DNA from: a virus
Virus record (IMG/VR): IMGVR_UViG_3300017917_002762
Location: 61,947 to 125,946 of that record
DNA length: 64,000 nt
Strand: one strand, 5' to 3'
The notes below the pieces were generated by a model. The model saw only the letters and a program-made list of their open reading frames with translations. It was not told the DNA's origin and did not search any database. The translations under genes were made by a program, and so were the position numbers. Within the stretch, counting starts at the first letter, position 1. Each line of letters opens with the position of its first letter. Positions 59,667 through 64,000 of this stretch are shown here, piece by piece.

Positions 59667-62405
59667 TTACTTTTTAGAAGATTTAGAATCATATTTATTT
59701 TTATTAGTTCTAGCAATTTCTAATTGTTTATCAGCAATTTCTTTTTGAGTTTGAAGTTTTTGTCTTTCAATATCTAATTTTTGTTCATTAAATCTTGTTT
59801 TATTAACTTCTTGTTCTCTTTTGAAATTTGTTGTATCAGTATAATTTTGTTGCTGTTGTATTTTACTTAATGCATCTTGATAATCAGATATTTGATTTTC
59901 ATTAATATCTACACCAGCACCCATACCAGCAGCTCTGATTTCTGCTTCTAATAATCTTACTTGTCTATCTTTATCTTTTTCAGAAGCTTCAAATTGTTGT
60001 CTCATCAATTCTTGTTGTTGATCAGCTTCTATTTTTTGTTGTTGTAATTGTTTTTGACTTTCTTGTTCTTGTTGTCTAATCATATTTGCTTTTTCTTCTG
60101 TTCTTTTCAAAACATTAGTTAATTCTGCAATAGATTCCGATTTAATAATATTACCTAAATCATAAATACTAGCACCTGTAGTATTGTTATTAAGAGCTAA
60201 TGATTTTAATTGTTCTAATATAACTCTTGAATTTGTTTTAGTAGTACAAAATATATTAATATCTCTTAATAATAAATTAGTTCCATTTATTTGGAAATTT
60301 ATTTTTTCATCAGCTGATGTTATATATTGTAAACGTAATGAAGGTTTTGTAGAATTATAAAATTGAGCAAGCTCTGTTCTCATTTGATGTACGCGAGGCA
60401 TAAGATTATCACTATGCTGTACAAAATAAACTTCTGTTTGATTATAAGAAGAATTAACAGCTTGTTCTACTCCAGTTGCAGTTTGTCTTGCAATTTCTTG
60501 TCCCATTCTTTGAGCATTAATACCAATAGTTTCAAAAGCTTGCTGTTTAAAATAATTAGCTAATTGAATTCTTGATAATAATCTTTGAGTTTGTTCTAAG
60601 TTTAAAACTTGATAATGTTGGAAATTTAAAGCATTTTCAGTGTTTGTGATGGAAGTATCCAACGGAAGCATCTGAAAATTCTTCATTGCAACATAAGCAT
60701 TAGCTAAATTATTTTTTCCCCAATCTTCACCCATTGAGTGACGTGGTAATGCATTTTGATCAAATAAAATTACTGTACCAAGTTCGTCTATTAATATATC
60801 TGCAATTTGATTATTTACAATATTATATCCTATTTGATAAGGTTTCATTAAATCAACCATTGCTACAGATTTTGTATTTCTATCAGAAAATACAGAACCT
60901 TCTACAGGTAATTTACAACCATATAATGAATAATCACCTTTAAATTGAAATGGTAATCTACCTGGTTTTCCACCATTCATACCTAAATAAATTGGATTAA
61001 AACCTCCTGGATTATTCATACCCCAGAATGATGGTCTATTTGGTCCAACTTTAATACCACCCCATGTTTCATTAATCCAAATCCAATCTATATGTTCACC
61101 AAAAATTAAATTATCTTTTGTTTTTTCTTTATATACAGTTGTATCATAAAGTGGTTTTTCTGTAATTTTATAATCTTCAGTTACAATATCTTGTATTAAT
61201 TCTCCTATTTCTGTAATTTTAGTAAGGTGTCCAACACGTCTTTGTGATTTCCAATATACTGTAGTACATCTTAATAAATGTGCATTACCCCAATCAAACA
61301 AATCTTCAGATTCATTAAGAATCATTTGGATAACATCACCACTCCAACGCGTATTATCATAATTGCTCATAAATTGTCTATAAGACAATCCTGGCATTTG
61401 TGTATTCCAATCATGAGATCTTGTACCATCATAATAAGAACCATCGTTTTGCATACCTTGAATTGCATATCCAGCAGATCTTACTGGATAAATTACTTCT
61501 AATGCTTTTAATTGTTCTTCATTCATCATCCATCCATACTTATCTATAACATCTGCTACAGATAATAAATCAATATATCCTACCCAATGAGATTCTGATA
61601 TATATCTTGCTCCAGGAGATTTATGATAAAATACTTGTACAGGGTTCCATAGTTCAACTTCATAATCATCTTCCATCATTCTAAAATGCCAAAATTCCCT
61701 ATCTGTAATAAGCATATCTCTAAATGCTCTTTCTTCAAGTTCTTGCATTTTAAATTTTTCTTCATCTACTTTATGTTGATGATGTGCCCATTCTTCATAT
61801 ATATTTCTATAATCTTTCTTAAAAAATTGTTCAATTTCAGGTAATGATTTTAATTTTTCTGGACTCATTTCTTGTTGAAACTCTTCAGAATTAGGATCCA
61901 TACCCATAGTGATGAGTTTATCCATCATTTTAGCTTGTGCTTTTTGCATAAGCACTTCTTCTATCATGTTCTTTTTTTCTTCTAACATTTCATTATAAGA
62001 AAGATCATCGACTGCTCTAAACATAATTTTAGAACTTCTCTTGCTAAATTCAGAACATAATACATTAATTACATTAGGAATAATAGGATAAAATTTTAAC
62101 TCTAAAGCACTACTATCTTCTTTAGTTAAAACATCTATTAATTCTGCATTAGGATTTTCTTCATCAGGAATATAATCTTTTTTATCAATAATACCTTTAG
62201 CTAATTTATAATTTTTTAAAAGTTTTGTAGATGTACGTCTTAATTGACGCATACCTTGCCATTCTAACCAATCTAAATTCCAAGCTTTCCACTCATCATC
62301 TTTTTCTACTTCAGGTAAAAATTGAACGGGTTGCATAAGCGTACCCATTTTATTATATTCAACTTTTTTACCTGATTTTAAATCTAACGCATTATATATA
62401 TTCAT
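59667..62405 (-). CDS. Portal protein (912 aa)
   Basis: Follows the terminase; FYPIIPNVINVL.SE, FRDMLITDREF and S.VDLMKPYQ..YNI.NNQI motifs of crAss-like portals; Q-rich coiled-coil C-terminus. Confidence 0.88.
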   Translation of the reverse strand: MNIYNALDLKSGKKVEYNKMGTLMQPVQFLPEVEKDDEWKAWNLDWLEWQGMRQLRRTSTKLLKNYKLAKGIIDKKDYIPDEENPNAELIDVLTKEDSSALELKFYPIIPNVINVLCSEFSKRSSKIMFRAVDDLSYNEMLEEKKNMIEEVLMQKAQAKMMDKLITMGMDPNSEEFQQEMSPEKLKSLPEIEQFFKKDYRNIYEEWAHHQHKVDEEKFKMQELEERAFRDMLITDREFWHFRMMEDDYEVELWNPVQVFYHKSPGARYISESHWVGYIDLLSVADVIDKYGWMMNEEQLKALEVIYPVRSAGYAIQGMQNDGSYYDGTRSHDWNTQMPGLSYRQFMSNYDNTRWSGDVIQMILNESEDLFDWGNAHLLRCTTVYWKSQRRVGHLTKITEIGELIQDIVTEDYKITEKPLYDTTVYKEKTKDNLIFGEHIDWIWINETWGGIKVGPNRPSFWGMNNPGGFNPIYLGMNGGKPGRLPFQFKGDYSLYGCKLPVEGSVFSDRNTKSVAMVDLMKPYQIGYNIVNNQIADILIDELGTVILFDQNALPRHSMGEDWGKNNLANAYVAMKNFQMLPLDTSITNTENALNFQHYQVLNLEQTQRLLSRIQLANYFKQQAFETIGINAQRMGQEIARQTATGVEQAVNSSYNQTEVYFVQHSDNLMPRVHQMRTELAQFYNSTKPSLRLQYITSADEKINFQINGTNLLLRDINIFCTTKTNSRVILEQLKSLALNNNTTGASIYDLGNIIKSESIAELTNVLKRTEEKANMIRQQEQESQKQLQQQKIEADQQQELMRQQFEASEKDKDRQVRLLEAEIRAAGMGAGVDINENQISDYQDALSKIQQQQNYTDTTNFKREQEVNKTRFNEQKLDIERQKLQTQKEIADKQLEIARTNKNKYDSKSSKK

Positions 62406-62412
62406 TTTGTAT

Positions 62413-62532
62413 TTAATTTATTGTGTTTACAATAATAGTTGTTGTAAAACTACAAACAACAGAAGAACCAGTATTTGTTTCAGTATAACAAATAGAAGAT
62501 TTTGTAAATAAATTTTTAATAAATTTTATCAT
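62413..62532 (-). CDS. Possible 39-aa micro-ORF between terminase and portal
   Basis: MIKFIKNLFTKSSICYTETNTGSSVVCSFTTTIIVNTIN*; starts 1 nt after the terminase stop and ends 7 nt before the portal ATG. Confidence 0.4.
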   Translation of the reverse strand: MIKFIKNLFTKSSICYTETNTGSSVVCSFTTTIIVNTIN

Positions 62533-62533
62533 A

Positions 62534-64000
62534 TTATTTCATGTTTTTAAAAGGATTTCTTGTAAAATTTTTATTTAAACTTTTATTGTTTGAACCAATG
62601 TTATGAAATGGACTTCTTATAGATAATTTACTTAATTTTTGTGTATTTTCCAATTTATCTGTACTTATTTCTAATCTTGTAGCTCTACCTCTATTATTTT
62701 GTTGTATTTGAGCAAAAGCTACAAGTGCACAAAAAGAAACTAAACGGTCTACGTTTAAACCTGGTTGATATTGTTTCATTTCTTCTAATAACATTGGATC
62801 TGGAATTCTTTCTATACCAAAATTAGTTTTAAGAATTTCTCCATTTTCATTTGTTTGTATATCTAATTCTTCTTGTGTAAATTGGATACCATAAGAAATA
62901 AGATGTGTTTTAAATAAAGTTCCTGTATTTTTCCAACCATATGTTGAAAATACATTTGCATTACTAGATAATTCTTTAAGAAAAGGAATTTGATCTTTTG
63001 GTACCAAATATCTTTGTTTTCTTTTGCTTATCATATATTGTATAAAAGTACTGACATTATTTTCTACAAGTGTCCATGCTTTATACCATTCTATCATAAG
63101 TTCTAATCTTTCATGTGTTTTTTGTAAATCATCAAATCTTCCACACCAAGATGCTACAATAGCATCTCTTTCAAAATAAGATTTTACATTACCTTTTCCT
63201 TCATCTTTAACTACTTCTGTAGGATTTTTATATATATAAATACTACATAAAGAATCACTAGTGGTTGTTTTTCCTTCTCCTACTGGGTCAACAGAAGCGT
63301 AATAAGTTCCCCATGGTGCATTTGGAATTGGTCTTTCATAAATACATATTACACCAGATTTATCTTCCATTGTTTTATCAACAGGAAATTTTTTAATTGG
63401 ACCTTTATTAGATTTTTTAGCTACAATTTTATTTTCAGCATCTGCATATAAATCTAAATATTCTACAGGATATTCTCCTTCTTCTATACGTTTAAGTTGA
63501 TGTGAAATGAGATGGGGTGGAAACACAGATTCTTTTCTTGTAGCAAAAGCTTCTTCAATATTTGTTGGTTTTTGAGAAATACGAAGTTGATATTGTTCAG
63601 GACTTAAATCTTTTTTCCATTGTTTACGTTCCTCATATATAGCATCTAAAGCTTCTTTTACTAAAGAATTACCATATTTATCTATATATGGAGGCATACT
63701 CCATTGTTCAGGAATAAATAATCCTGTTTGACTTATAGTTTTATTAGCATCTAATAAATCAGTAGTGATAGCAAACATTCCATATTTATTGGGATATAAC
63801 ACCATTTCTTTTAATGGAATACATTGATCTAAATCACCTACTGAACCAGCAGCAATAAATGTACCTGTAGTAACCATACCAGATTGCATAGCAGGTCTCA
63901 TAAATTCATAAGTATCCATCATTTTTGGAGCAATACCAGCTTCTTCATGAAAAAAATAAGTTACTGGTCCACCGACACCATTAGTAGGATCTTTTTCAAA
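62534..64000 (-). CDS. terL: Terminase large subunit (5'-truncated by the window edge)
   Basis: The frame stays open to 64000 and adds the Walker B YFFHEEAG. Also FIAAGSVG and RNase H-like nuclease motifs YASVDPV, LVENN, NVDRLVSF. Confidence 0.92.
   Translation of the reverse strand, partial: FEKDPTNGVGGPVTYFFHEEAGIAPKMMDTYEFMRPAMQSGMVTTGTFIAAGSVGDLDQCIPLKEMVLYPNKYGMFAITTDLLDANKTISQTGLFIPEQWSMPPYIDKYGNSLVKEALDAIYEERKQWKKDLSPEQYQLRISQKPTNIEEAFATRKESVFPPHLISHQLKRIEEGEYPVEYLDLYADAENKIVAKKSNKGPIKKFPVDKTMEDKSGVICIYERPIPNAPWGTYYASVDPVGEGKTTTSDSLCSIYIYKNPTEVVKDEGKGNVKSYFERDAIVASWCGRFDDLQKTHERLELMIEWYKAWTLVENNVSTFIQYMISKRKQRYLVPKDQIPFLKELSSNANVFSTYGWKNTGTLFKTHLISYGIQFTQEELDIQTNENGEILKTNFGIERIPDPMLLEEMKQYQPGLNVDRLVSFCALVAFAQIQQNNRGRATRLEISTDKLENTQKLSKLSIRSPFHNIGSNNKSLNKNFTRNPFKNMK

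Noticed and set aside
9329-61502. All plus-strand ORFs in the track (e.g. 9329-9652, 23366-23650, 47104-47409, 49158-49340, 58534-58935)
   Set aside because: They are short antisense shadows lying almost wholly within long minus-strand genes, with I/F/L/S-biased translations and no motifs.
1-64000. Genome-wide stop-codon reassignment (TAG to Gln or TGA to Trp), as in some crAss-like phages
   Set aside because: All genes, including the 15-kb RNAP gene, are intact under the standard code with no in-frame TAG/TGA interruptions. Only the single terminal TAG is noted as a finding.
1-64000. tRNA, rRNA, CRISPR arrays, integrase or att sites
   Set aside because: Intergenic gaps are short and none shows cloverleaf, T-loop or repeat-spacer patterns; no recombinase gene is present.

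Overview
This window is a very AT-rich, co-oriented (all minus-strand) virion-morphogenesis module of a large tailed phage related to crAss-like phages (Crassvirales/Cellulophaga phi14:2-type architecture). The likely host is Bacteroidota, inferred from TAnnTTTG promoter-like boxes. From right to left (direction of transcription) it encodes: terminase large subunit (5'-truncated), portal, PhoH, scaffold-like protein, major capsid protein, a free-standing LAGLIDADG homing endonuclease, capsid/neck proteins, a Dps/ferritin-like protein, tail hub/fibre/FN3 proteins, a metallophosphoesterase, an IHF-like protein, ring proteins, a 2033-aa tail stabilisation/muzzle protein, and about 32 kb of giant putative ejected cargo proteins. 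The cargo block is the most interesting part. (1) A 5123-aa protein carries the DFDID catalytic motif of crAss-type virion RNA polymerases, plus C-terminal NADAR-like and macro-like (DUF7831-type) domains. (2) An 883-aa ORF at 1..2651, missing from the ORF track, carries polymerase-beta-type nucleotidyltransferase and GNAT motifs. (3) Adjacent proteins carry LysM, amidase, lysozyme-like and zincin modules, separated by a recurring [YFHM]-x-x-G-G motif. The only TAG stop among the main genes is followed by an open in-frame link into the next cargo gene. All assignments come from motif recognition by eye; no database searches were run. No tRNA, rRNA or CRISPR array was seen.
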